IMG/VR virus record: IMGVR_UViG_3300028837_001398
Coordinates: 1-64,000 of that record
Source: a virus
Length of the DNA: 64,000 nucleotides
Reading direction: 5' to 3' (one strand)
Numbering within the stretch: the stretch's first letter is position 1; the number at the start of each line of letters is the position of its first letter. The notes under the pieces are model-generated. The model worked only from the letters and a program-made list of their open reading frames with translations, was not told the DNA's origin and made no database searches. A program made the translations under genes and the position numbers. Shown here one piece after another: positions 1 through 7,571 of the stretch.

Positions 1-2
1 TC

Positions 3-728
3 GGCAGCCTGGGCCCGGACGGTTGTTTCGCGGTCAGTCGCGAAGTGCTCTATGGCCTCAGAGGCGACTGTACGATCACCCTCCATCTCCGCGATCTGCT
101 TGTTGCCATCAGCGATCTGCTCCTGAATCGTGGGAACGCTCGCGGCGGTAGCCTCGGCAGTCTCTCGGGCGGCATCCTTCGCCTCCCTCGATGCCTGCAG
201 CCGCTTCTGTTCCTCCCGGGCGCCCTGCGCCAGCAACTCATACCATCCGAGGCCGAGGATCTCGCCGAGGTAGCGTTTCCGCTCGGCTGGCTTGGCGCTG
301 GAGAACGCGTCCGCGTCGCCCTGGGCAGATACGGCCGTTGCCCTCAGAAGGTCAGCGGTCAGGCGGGTCGTCTCGATGATCCGCTGCTGTGTCTCCGCGA
401 CGGTCTTGCCGTCAAGGACCTGCCCGTCACACTGGAACGAAAGAGTGGTTGAGCCACCGCCCTTGCGCGATCGCTGGCGAGAGAGGAGGTAGCTCCGTCC
501 ATTCAGCGCGAATGTGAACTCGACCCGCGCCAGCTCCTCGCCGTGCGTCACGACCGAATCGAGGTTGCCACGAGCCTCGCCGAAGAGCGCGAAGAGCATC
601 GCGTCGAGGATGCTGGACTTGCCGGCGCTGTTCGGGCCGCTCAGGACAGCACAGTCGATGCTTGAGAGGTCAAGCACGGTATCGCGATGCGATTGGAAGT
701 TAGTGAGTGCGAGGCGGAGGGGTTTCAC
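3..728 (-). CDS. sbcC: SbcC/Rad50-like SMC ATPase, 5' part (runs off the left edge)
   Basis: Translated by hand from GTG at 728: MKPLRLALTNFQSHRDTVLDLSSIDCAVLSGPNSAGKSSILDAMLFALFGE (NF-S motif, Walker A GPNSAGKS). Downstream of sbcD; not in the ORF track because there is no stop in the window. Confidence 0.9.
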   Translation of the reverse strand, partial: MKPLRLALTNFQSHRDTVLDLSSIDCAVLSGPNSAGKSSILDAMLFALFGEARGNLDSVVTHGEELARVEFTFALNGRSYLLSRQRSRKGGGSTTLSFQCDGQVLDGKTVAETQQRIIETTRLTADLLRATAVSAQGDADAFSSAKPAERKRYLGEILGLGWYELLAQGAREEQKRLQASREAKDAARETAEATAASVPTIQEQIADGNKQIAEMEGDRTVASEAIEHFATDRETTVRAQAA

Positions 729-919
729 GAGGCACCGCCTTTCCGCGCTGCGCTCTCTCTGTGGCGCCTACGGATGGCGGCGGTCTCGCGCTGAGCGTCC
801 GCCTTGGCCCGATGGTGGCTCCCCGATTGCCAAGCGCCGTTTGCCCCAAAGGAGACGACTAGCCATCCCTGACATCTCTGGCGATCACACAGGCAGGGGC
901 ACACATGAACGTGGGTCAC
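725..919 (-). CDS. small Cys/His-containing hypothetical protein
   Basis: Start and stop codons overlap both sbcD and sbcC (translational coupling). Confidence 0.55.
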   Translation of the reverse strand: MTHVHVCPCLCDRQRCQGWLVVSFGANGAWQSGSHHRAKADAQRETAAIRRRHRESAARKGGAS

Positions 920-2199
920 CCCGCACCCCCTTCCGCTTGCCTGAGCGCCTCCTCGATCCTCAGCGCCTCGGCGATAATCTGCTCGGTCAGCGGCTGGAGG
1001 TCAGGCTTCTGCTCCAGCCATGCCCGGATCTGAGCATCCAGCGGCTGCCCGTGCGTCACCCCGGACTCCCGGCGGCGTTCCGTCTCCGCCCGCGCCTTGC
1101 TCACCCGCGCCTCGAATGCGCCGGCCGCGTCGATGGCCCTCTGCGCCTCGGCGATCGTCAGCGTACTGCCAGCCGGGATCTCGAGGCGGACGATGGCGCC
1201 CTGGACGGATTCTTCGAGTGCCGCGTCGAGGAGCAGTTCCTCGTCGTCCAACTCCCGTATGAAGTCATCCTCTGAGAGGGTCACGAGGCGCCGGTAGGGA
1301 GTCTCGATAGGAACGGGAACAGGCAGGGGGCCATATCCTAAGTCAGGGTTGAGTTCCCACAAGTAGTAGAACTTGTCCTCGGCTTCCTCGTTGAACGAAG
1401 TCGCCTCGGGACTGCCGCAATAAACGATCCAACATCGTTTGTCTCCGAGCGTCTGGGCCTTGTGGATATGCCCAAGCAAAATGCCGTCGAAGCCGAGGCT
1501 CTCGAGTTCGTGGACGTTCAACGTGAACTCGCCGCCGAGCATCATTAGGCGGCTCTGCTGGCCGACCTCGGCCGTGTCTACCGACCAGTGTCCGAGCAGC
1601 AAGCAGGGTACGCCCTCCACGCGCTGGGCCGCCAAGCCCCGCGCGACATCCATCATCTTCTCCCGGATCAGCAGATTCCGATCGCCGGGAGAGAGCTGCC
1701 GCGTCTGTTCGTCGCGGAGCAGAAGGTTAGGCGATGGATATGGCAAGCATCCCAACTGAAGCTCCGCCTCGTCAGCCATCGCCGTGCTGGCCTCGCTCAC
1801 CCGGAGCTTGTCGTCGCGGCCAGTTCGCCATACATCAAGCAGTGTCGGCTTGTCTACAACGGTGAGGCCGGGGAGATCGCGGAGCAAGTCGAGGGCATCG
1901 TATTCAGACGGATTGCGCACCTGATCGTGGTTGCCCTCGAGTACCACCACGGGAACCCCATTCTCCAGTGCCGGACTAAAGGCCCGCTTCGCCAATCGCG
2001 TGATGGTAGGCGTCCAATGCCAGTGATCACCTACATCTCCGCAATGCACGATCAACTCAGCCCCGCGGTTGACGGCATCCTCTACGACAAACTGTGCGCA
2101 TCGGAAGCGATCTATCAGCCGCGCATTCAGATGACTCTCGGCATCGAGACGGGATCCAGATCCCCCAAGATGGAAATCGGCAGTGTGTCCTATCCGCAT
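916..2199 (-). CDS. sbcD: SbcD/Mre11 metallophosphoesterase nuclease
   Basis: HTADFHLG, CGD, GNHD, GHIH and YCGSP motifs. Confidence 0.92.
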   Translation of the reverse strand: MRIGHTADFHLGGSGSRLDAESHLNARLIDRFRCAQFVVEDAVNRGAELIVHCGDVGDHWHWTPTITRLAKRAFSPALENGVPVVVLEGNHDQVRNPSEYDALDLLRDLPGLTVVDKPTLLDVWRTGRDDKLRVSEASTAMADEAELQLGCLPYPSPNLLLRDEQTRQLSPGDRNLLIREKMMDVARGLAAQRVEGVPCLLLGHWSVDTAEVGQQSRLMMLGGEFTLNVHELESLGFDGILLGHIHKAQTLGDKRCWIVYCGSPEATSFNEEAEDKFYYLWELNPDLGYGPLPVPVPIETPYRRLVTLSEDDFIRELDDEELLLDAALEESVQGAIVRLEIPAGSTLTIAEAQRAIDAAGAFEARVSKARAETERRRESGVTHGQPLDAQIRAWLEQKPDLQPLTEQIIAEALRIEEALRQAEGGAG

Positions 2200-2783
2200 G
2201 GCGCGAGACTCCCTTCGCGGTGCCTAAGCGTCGTGGCGCATGACCTGCTGCAACACCGTTGGCTCGTGGTCGCACGAGCACTGAAAGTTCTCTCGCAGAC
2301 GGGACACAATCGGAGTTCGCGCCTCCCTATATCCCTCTCCCTATGGTGCCGTTTGGTGTGGCAAGAGGAACAGAGCAGGACGAGGTTCTCAAGGGCATTA
2401 TTGGGGTCTCCGTGGCCCCCATTCGAAATGCCAGTCCCGTCAGTATGGTGAATGTGAAGGGCATGGCCCTCTCGGTTGCCCTTCTGCGCTCCACAGTCGG
2501 CACAACAGCCGTCGAATCGCGCTTCCACAAGCGGACGCATGTTGTCGTAGTAGCGCGACTCCGACAATCGCTGGCGCCTCTCGTTGACTACATCGCGGTG
2601 CGCACGCGCGTAGGCGAGACTCTTAGCCCGCCGCGCTTCCCTGTGGCTCTCTTCATAGCGTCGCGAGTTGGCCCGGGCACGTTCAGGGTTCTCCCGATAG
2701 CGCTCGCGCTGATAGCAGGCCGAGCAAAGACCCCGGCCGTGAAGCCGCTTCTCCGCTTGGCACACTCGGCATAGCCCGATCAT
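2190..2783 (-). CDS. HNH endonuclease with Zn-finger segments
   Basis: CADC...HIHH...N..ENLVLLCSSCHTKRH; additional CxxC pairs. Confidence 0.85.
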   Translation of the reverse strand: MIGLCRVCQAEKRLHGRGLCSACYQRERYRENPERARANSRRYEESHREARRAKSLAYARAHRDVVNERRQRLSESRYYDNMRPLVEARFDGCCADCGAQKGNREGHALHIHHTDGTGISNGGHGDPNNALENLVLLCSSCHTKRHHRERDIGRRELRLCPVCERTFSARATTSQRCCSRSCATTLRHREGSLAPCG

Positions 2784-3088
2784 GCCGCGCCGCCCTTCGT
2801 TAGCGGCTGGATTATGAGGCGTTCAGAAGGAGCACCGACATTGCGGAACTCCTCCCAGTTGGCGAGAGTCTGCTTGAGCTTCTTTGAGTTCCATCCGCCC
2901 CCGCCGGTCGTCGGCACCCAGACGAGCTTGACATGCCGGGAAGAAACCGCGACTTCTGTCTCGCCATCGCGGGCCTCATCCAACTTCACGCGGGCCTGCT
3001 TTGCTCTCTCTGCGGCCTCATCCGCGGCCGCCTTGGCGTCCAGATACTCTTGTGCGGCAAATTCGATAGGACTGGCGGTGGCCCTCAT
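2780..3088 (-). CDS. hypothetical protein (short coiled coil)
   Basis: ATGA coupling on both sides; start MRATASP. Confidence 0.65.
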   Translation of the reverse strand: MRATASPIEFAAQEYLDAKAAADEAAERAKQARVKLDEARDGETEVAVSSRHVKLVWVPTTGGGGWNSKKLKQTLANWEEFRNVGAPSERLIIQPLTKGGAA

Positions 3089-4152
3089 TCCGCACCACCC
3101 TTCGCCGGCGCCTCCTTCCCGATGAAGGCGCGACACCTCTCGCACCACTCCAGCAGATCCTCAACGCTGGCGTCCTTCGGTGCTTTCGGCGGCATACTCT
3201 CGATGTGGCCCAGCTTCTGTTCGGCGCGGGCCGCCGTCCAGAGTCGGTCGCACTCAGCGCGCGCAGCCTCGATCGTCGGCGGGTTGTCGGCCTCCGGTTC
3301 TGGCTCAGGCGAATCGGGGCCGCCGTCCTCGGCAGCGGCCTCAGCCTCCGACGCGTCGGCACCCTCTTCCGCGAGGACCCCAGTCTCTTCGGCCTCTGGC
3401 TCGACGACCTCTCCCTGAACCGCCTCGGACTGCTCCGTGGACCTGGGCTTCCCGAACAGATCCTCAGCCGCCGACTGGACCTCGGCAGTCTCCAGCTTGC
3501 GTGTCAGAACGTGCTGAGTCAGCTCCACCGTCTTCTCGCCGAATCCCGGCTTGAGTTTCAGCACACCCCCCGCCTGCGCGATGAAGTAGCGGAGCACCAT
3601 GTTCTCGGCCTTCGTGCGGCACAGGGCCTCCCGGTGCGTTTGGACCTCCATCCGCCTCTCCATGACTTTGGCCTTGACGCGCGGAGGCAGGGTATTCGCC
3701 AGTGCCAATGCCGTCTCTTCGGTCGCCGTGCGCGCCAGGGCGGTAGACTGGTCTCCCGACGGAGTAGTGGACTTGACTTCCTTCAGTGCGCCCTTGAACA
3801 GCTCAGCGGCCAGATCATATTCCTTCGACTTCTCGATAACCTCGAGCAGTCCATCGCGGCGCAGGTGGTAGCCGCGGGCGATGACCCTGACGCGGTTCCG
3901 GTCAAGTTCCACGACGGTCGAATGCGCATGGGCACCAATGGCATTGGCCTGAATCAGCAGGCCGGCGGTCCCGGTATGACACATGACCGCCGTGGAAACC
4001 CACTCGTCGCCGACCTTCTTGTTCTTGGACTCGAGCCAGAAATGGTCATCTTCACGCAGAGTTGCCGCTGCCGGGATTTCCTTGATCTCGTCTGACGTCG
4101 CGACCTGGTACAATCCTGGGGCGAGGTTCTGAAAGCCGATGATCCCGTTCAC
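3085..4152 (-). CDS. hypothetical protein, candidate single-strand annealing protein
   Basis: 355 aa with GGAGGGG SD; globular N-terminus, acidic/Pro linker and helical tail; position upstream of sbcD/sbcC. No family recognised. Confidence 0.5.
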   Translation of the reverse strand: MNGIIGFQNLAPGLYQVATSDEIKEIPAAATLREDDHFWLESKNKKVGDEWVSTAVMCHTGTAGLLIQANAIGAHAHSTVVELDRNRVRVIARGYHLRRDGLLEVIEKSKEYDLAAELFKGALKEVKSTTPSGDQSTALARTATEETALALANTLPPRVKAKVMERRMEVQTHREALCRTKAENMVLRYFIAQAGGVLKLKPGFGEKTVELTQHVLTRKLETAEVQSAAEDLFGKPRSTEQSEAVQGEVVEPEAEETGVLAEEGADASEAEAAAEDGGPDSPEPEPEADNPPTIEAARAECDRLWTAARAEQKLGHIESMPPKAPKDASVEDLLEWCERCRAFIGKEAPAKGGAE

Positions 4153-4194
4153 AATCCCCTCCTTCCCCCACCTGCCCGCCAGCCATTAGGCGGG

Positions 4195-4223
4195 TTGACA
4201 TTCCGCCGCTGGCGGGATAGAAT
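4195..4223 (+). promoter_or_regulatory. consensus sigma70 promoter, antisense to the early operon
   Basis: TTGACA-17bp-TAGAAT. Confidence 0.75.
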
Positions 4224-4246
4224 GGGGTTGTCTCTTGTTGTCATGG

Positions 4247-4283
4247 CCGCGTCGGGCGTCCATACGCTCGGCGCGGTTTGCTT
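4247..4283 (+). terminator. hairpin terminator of a short antisense transcript
   Basis: CCGCGTCGGGCGT-CCAT-ACGCTCGGCGCGG followed by TTTGCTT. Confidence 0.55.
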
Positions 4284-4291
4284 CCGGTTCG

Positions 4292-4675
4292 TCATTCCTC
4301 TCCTCCTCGACTGTCGTCTCTGGCTTCTGCGATCTGCTCGCTCACGGGTTCCTTGCCCTCGGCATACAAGCTCGGCAACGCCTGTCCGTTCTGCGGGTCA
4401 ATCCACGCATCGGTGCTGCCGTGCGGGAATCGGATACAGAGTCCAGCCTCTCCCCGCAGATCCTTCCAGTTCGCGCCGATCCGCTTGCTCTGTGCATCCA
4501 GAATCTTGCCGGTCTCCCGGTCGGTGCGGCCCAGGTCGTCGATACTCCGTTGCTGTAGGCCGGACCATACGAGCTCGCAGACGATGGCGAGGCCCATGAT
4601 GAGAATGCAGACGCGCTCAAGCCGCATGTGCGTTCGGCGCGCCCAGCGTGCGCCCAATGATGGTGCGTGCATCAT
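4292..4675 (-). CDS. hypothetical membrane-anchored protein
   Basis: One hydrophobic helix, VCILIMGLAIVCELVW. Confidence 0.55.
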   Translation of the reverse strand: MMHAPSLGARWARRTHMRLERVCILIMGLAIVCELVWSGLQQRSIDDLGRTDRETGKILDAQSKRIGANWKDLRGEAGLCIRFPHGSTDAWIDPQNGQALPSLYAEGKEPVSEQIAEARDDSRGGEE

Positions 4676-4823
4676 CGCGAATCACCTCCTCTCTGGACAT
4701 CAGCCTTGCCGCGAACCCGTGGCCCTCGAGGATCGGCTCCAGAGCATCCAACTGCCTCGCCGAGACCCGAGCCATCACCTCGCCTGTCTGAGCGTCAACT
4801 ATGTGGTACTCAGCCATCGTCAC
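4617..4823 (-). CDS. hypothetical protein
   Basis: Protein-like composition, operon-like spacing. Confidence 0.5.
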   Translation of the reverse strand: MTMAEYHIVDAQTGEVMARVSARQLDALEPILEGHGFAARLMSREEVIRDDARTIIGRTLGAPNAHAA

Positions 4824-5537
4824 CTATCACAAGCCCCGGCCAGGGGCGAAGAGGGGGTAGAACGCCCCCAGCCTGGGGCGGACTCGCTGCCGGGCCGCAC
4901 AAGTGCCCCGCCACGGTCGCGCCCCTTGTCGGTGCGATTGCTGGCGATGCGGCCCGGCCCAGCCATTGGTGTCTGTGTGCAGTCCCCGCCCGACGCGGCG
5001 TCGGTGCGCGGCTAGACGGGGAGCCATGATGAGTACCCCCTTTCGTGATGATTGCAGCGCCCCCAGAGCTCTCGCCGCGACATGCACGGCGCGGAGGCGC
5101 TGGGAAGCGGTCCCGGGGGGACCGAATAGGATAGCTGCTGCCGATGATTGCACCCGCGGGGGAGCGAACCGGCGGGCTGTTCGCTGACCGCCCCCATATC
5201 ATCGGCAAGATAGATGGCTGCGTTGGCCTATCTCTCCCGCCGTCCCGCCGTCGTTGGGCACCCCGCGCCCAGGGTCCCGCAGGCACGTCGCCACATCTGC
5301 ACTTCGCCGAACTGGAAGCACGAGCGGGGGAGTCGAATGCCGCAGTCTCCGATCTCCGCGCAACAGGACCCTGTCGGCTGCCTCGGCCGCTGCGGCGCGC
5401 CCCGCCTCCCGGCGGGCCCGCGGGAACATCGTCTCCAGTCACAATGAATGCGGGGACGACGGCCTCAGTTCGAGGTCTCGGTGTGGGCGCCGTCGCCCCC
5501 AGGGGATCCACCCTACCGAGCAGGGAGGGGGTAGGAC

Positions 5538-5612
5538 TGGTTGCGCGGGCAGGAGTCGAACCTGCGGCCTCCGGGCAATGAACCCGGCGCGCTACCACTG
5601 CGCCACCGCGCT
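5538..5612 (-). tRNA. tRNA-Met(CAT), initiator-like
   Basis: AGCGCGG-TG-GCGC-AGTGGTA-GCGC-G-CCGGG-TTCATTG-CCCGG-AGGCC-GCAGG-TTCGACT-CCTGC-CCGCGCA-ACCA; 1:72 mismatch, GGG/CCC anticodon-stem pairs, encoded CCA. Confidence 0.88.
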
Positions 5613-5664
5613 GCGGAAAAGCTCGTCTATTCGCCTGTATGAGCCTGGAATCCATCCGATGCCC

Positions 5665-6048
5665 TCAGACCAGGGAAAGGCCATCCCCGGCGCAAACAGG
5701 TGGGGTATGCTCCGCTGGGCGACCATCCGAGAGGGATGGGCAGCCTGTAGGTTCCGGGGTTTTCCGGGATTGGGCCGTCCACAGTCCGTCCGAGGTGTGC
5801 ACCGCGCCCGTAACGGTATGCGTACACTGCCACCAGCCGCAGATCACACACTCGTCCCGGTAGCCGCTCTCACCTGTGTCGGGGTTCTCCCACCACTCAG
5901 TCTGCCAGTCGTTCACACCGCACCGACAGGCGCCGTTCCACTTGTAGCCGGGTTCGTATAGGTCAGCAGGAGCGACGCGGCGTAACGCCGTCATTTGGCT
6001 GGATACTGTCATCCTCTCGTGTCCTCTCGTCTGGCTCGTCGTCTGCAA
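5665..6048 (-). CDS. Zn-ribbon hypothetical protein
   Basis: CRCG...ECVICG; start uncertain. Confidence 0.45.
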   Translation of the reverse strand: MQTTSQTRGHERMTVSSQMTALRRVAPADLYEPGYKWNGACRCGVNDWQTEWWENPDTGESGYRDECVICGWWQCTHTVTGAVHTSDGLWTAQSRKTPEPTGCPSLSDGRPAEHTPPVCAGDGLSLV

Positions 6049-6169
6049 CTGCCTGGAAGAACCTAGTCGTGGTATTGAACATGCGCTTGAACGCCCGCTC
6101 GAGGGCCTCCGCGATCTGGTGCGCGTTTGGTTGCTTACGCGGCGCTGGTCGGGTCACAGACGTGGTCAC
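5963..6169 (-). CDS. hypothetical protein downstream of cro
   Basis: GTGA overlap with the cro stop codon. Confidence 0.5.
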   Translation of the reverse strand: MTTSVTRPAPRKQPNAHQIAEALERAFKRMFNTTTRFFQAVADDEPDERTREDDSIQPNDGVTPRRSC

Positions 6170-6408
6170 TTGGCGTCTCCCGAGAGTTCCTTGATGATAT
6201 CCCGCAGATGCTCAAGCTCGGCCCTGGAGACCTTGCGCCCCCCGGGAAGCAGCCCACGGCTGATTTCACTGATGTAGCTGATGCTGCGACCGGCCCTATC
6301 CGCAACATTCGTGATCGTCACGCCGCGGTGCCGGTTCCGGTCAATCAACCTCCCAAGGCTTCTGAGCTGACTCCGTGTGGCGTTCTGCGCTCTCACAGTG
6401 GTTTCCAT
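6166..6408 (-). CDS. Cro-like HTH regulator
   Basis: VTITNVADRAGRSISYISEISRG HTH; divergent from cI. Confidence 0.8.
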   Translation of the reverse strand: METTVRAQNATRSQLRSLGRLIDRNRHRGVTITNVADRAGRSISYISEISRGLLPGGRKVSRAELEHLRDIIKELSGDAK

Positions 6409-6446
6409 AGCATCGTCCTGTCACCATTCCCTATTCTTCCGTGATG

Positions 6447-6475
6447 ATTCTAGCATAATGCTCCCATGTTGTCAA
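6447..6475 (-). promoter_or_regulatory. lytic (cro) promoter
   Basis: TTGACA-17bp-TAGAAT on the minus strand. Confidence 0.8.
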
Positions 6476-6485
6476 GGGGTTTGGA

Positions 6486-6526
6486 CATGAATTTTCATGG
6501 CATAATGGCTTTTTCTGTGCTATAAT
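6486..6526 (+). promoter_or_regulatory. cI promoter with palindromic operator
   Basis: CATGAA-TT-TTCATG palindrome at 6486-6499; TGGCAT-17bp-TATAAT with extended TG. Confidence 0.65.
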
Positions 6527-6532
6527 GGGGCG

Positions 6533-7216
6533 ATGCCAGGGAAGGAACGAGAACCGGAAAGCGACTTTGGGCGTCTGCTTCGAGCCTTACGACGGCAGCA
6601 ACGCCCGAGGCTTGCCCAGGATGGCATGGCGAAGCGCCTCGGCGTCAGCGCGGCAATGTATGGCCGGTATGAGCGGGGCTATATTGATCCGCCACCCGAA
6701 ACCGTTGAGGCTATGGCAACAGCATTCGGGGCAGACCCCGCCGAATGGCTCCGTGCCGCAGGATACGAGCCAGTTGGCCCCGTCGAGGTAAGCGTAGAAT
6801 CTCCGCCCGCCGACTTGCAGTCCGCCGAGTTACCCATTGTTGGAATCCTGCGAGGCGCGGTCGTCTACGCGCCGCGGGCAGGGATGCAGCACATATCAAT
6901 CACCATGCAGGGGGGTTACGTGAGAGGAATCGAAGGCGTGATCCGGGTTGAGGGCGCCGCTTCGATTCCCTTCTTGTTGCCCGGCGACATCCTGCTGGTT
7001 CGGTCGGCGGCGGGGGACGAATCCGAAGGGACGCTCGTCGTGGCACGGAAGGGAAAGAGGCGACTGCTAGGCTATCTCGCAAGGACTGGGAAGGGCATGG
7101 AACTGGAGGGCATCGGATCGCTCGCCGCGAGTGACGCGACTGGCATCGACAGGCTCGAGTATGTGGTGTGTGGACTGTGGCGCGCGGAGGAGGTCATAGG
7201 GAAGGTCCGGCCGTAG
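6533..7216 (+). CDS. CI-like repressor (XRE HTH plus S24-like C-terminal domain)
   Basis: AQDGMAKRLGVSAAMYGRYERG HTH; LPIVG...VEGAASIPFLLPGDILLV resembles a divergent S24 domain. Confidence 0.85.
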   Translation: MPGKEREPESDFGRLLRALRRQQRPRLAQDGMAKRLGVSAAMYGRYERGYIDPPPETVEAMATAFGADPAEWLRAAGYEPVGPVEVSVESPPADLQSAELPIVGILRGAVVYAPRAGMQHISITMQGGYVRGIEGVIRVEGAASIPFLLPGDILLVRSAAGDESEGTLVVARKGKRRLLGYLARTGKGMELEGIGSLAASDATGIDRLEYVVCGLWRAEEVIGKVRP

Positions 7217-7253
7217 CCTCATCGGAGAGTTGGCGACTGATAGGAGCGCTTCG

Positions 7254-7505
7254 ATGGCCGAGATCGGATGTGCCGGCTGTCTCGTCTATATGTTAGTCGC
7301 AATAGCGCTGGCTGTTCCCATAGCCATCATCATTGTTGTGATGCAGGGAGTGGCGCGCAGGCGGGCGTGGGCCATTCTTCGGGGGCGGCAGGCCACGCGC
7401 GCCGAGATCAAACGGACGATATCGGAATTGAGTAGCGCCCAGGATAGCGAATCCAAGGAACTTGTCCGCCGCCTCATGGACCTGCTGCAGGGGGAGGATA
7501 AGTAG
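7254..7505 (+). CDS. small membrane protein in the immunity operon
   Basis: N-terminal TM helix; AGGAG SD before ATG 7254. Confidence 0.6.
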   Translation: MAEIGCAGCLVYMLVAIALAVPIAIIIVVMQGVARRRAWAILRGRQATRAEIKRTISELSSAQDSESKELVRRLMDLLQGEDK

Positions 7506-7571
7506 ACGCCCGCGAAGTAGCTTGCTTCGCCGAACAGGACCCGCGCCAAATACTCCGAAGGAGGACGTACG

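Noticed and set aside
5538-5612. Reading the anticodon as TCA (opal suppressor or Sec tRNA)
   Set aside because: The 5-bp stem and 7-nt loop centre on CAT; no long variable arm; TGA is used as a normal stop throughout
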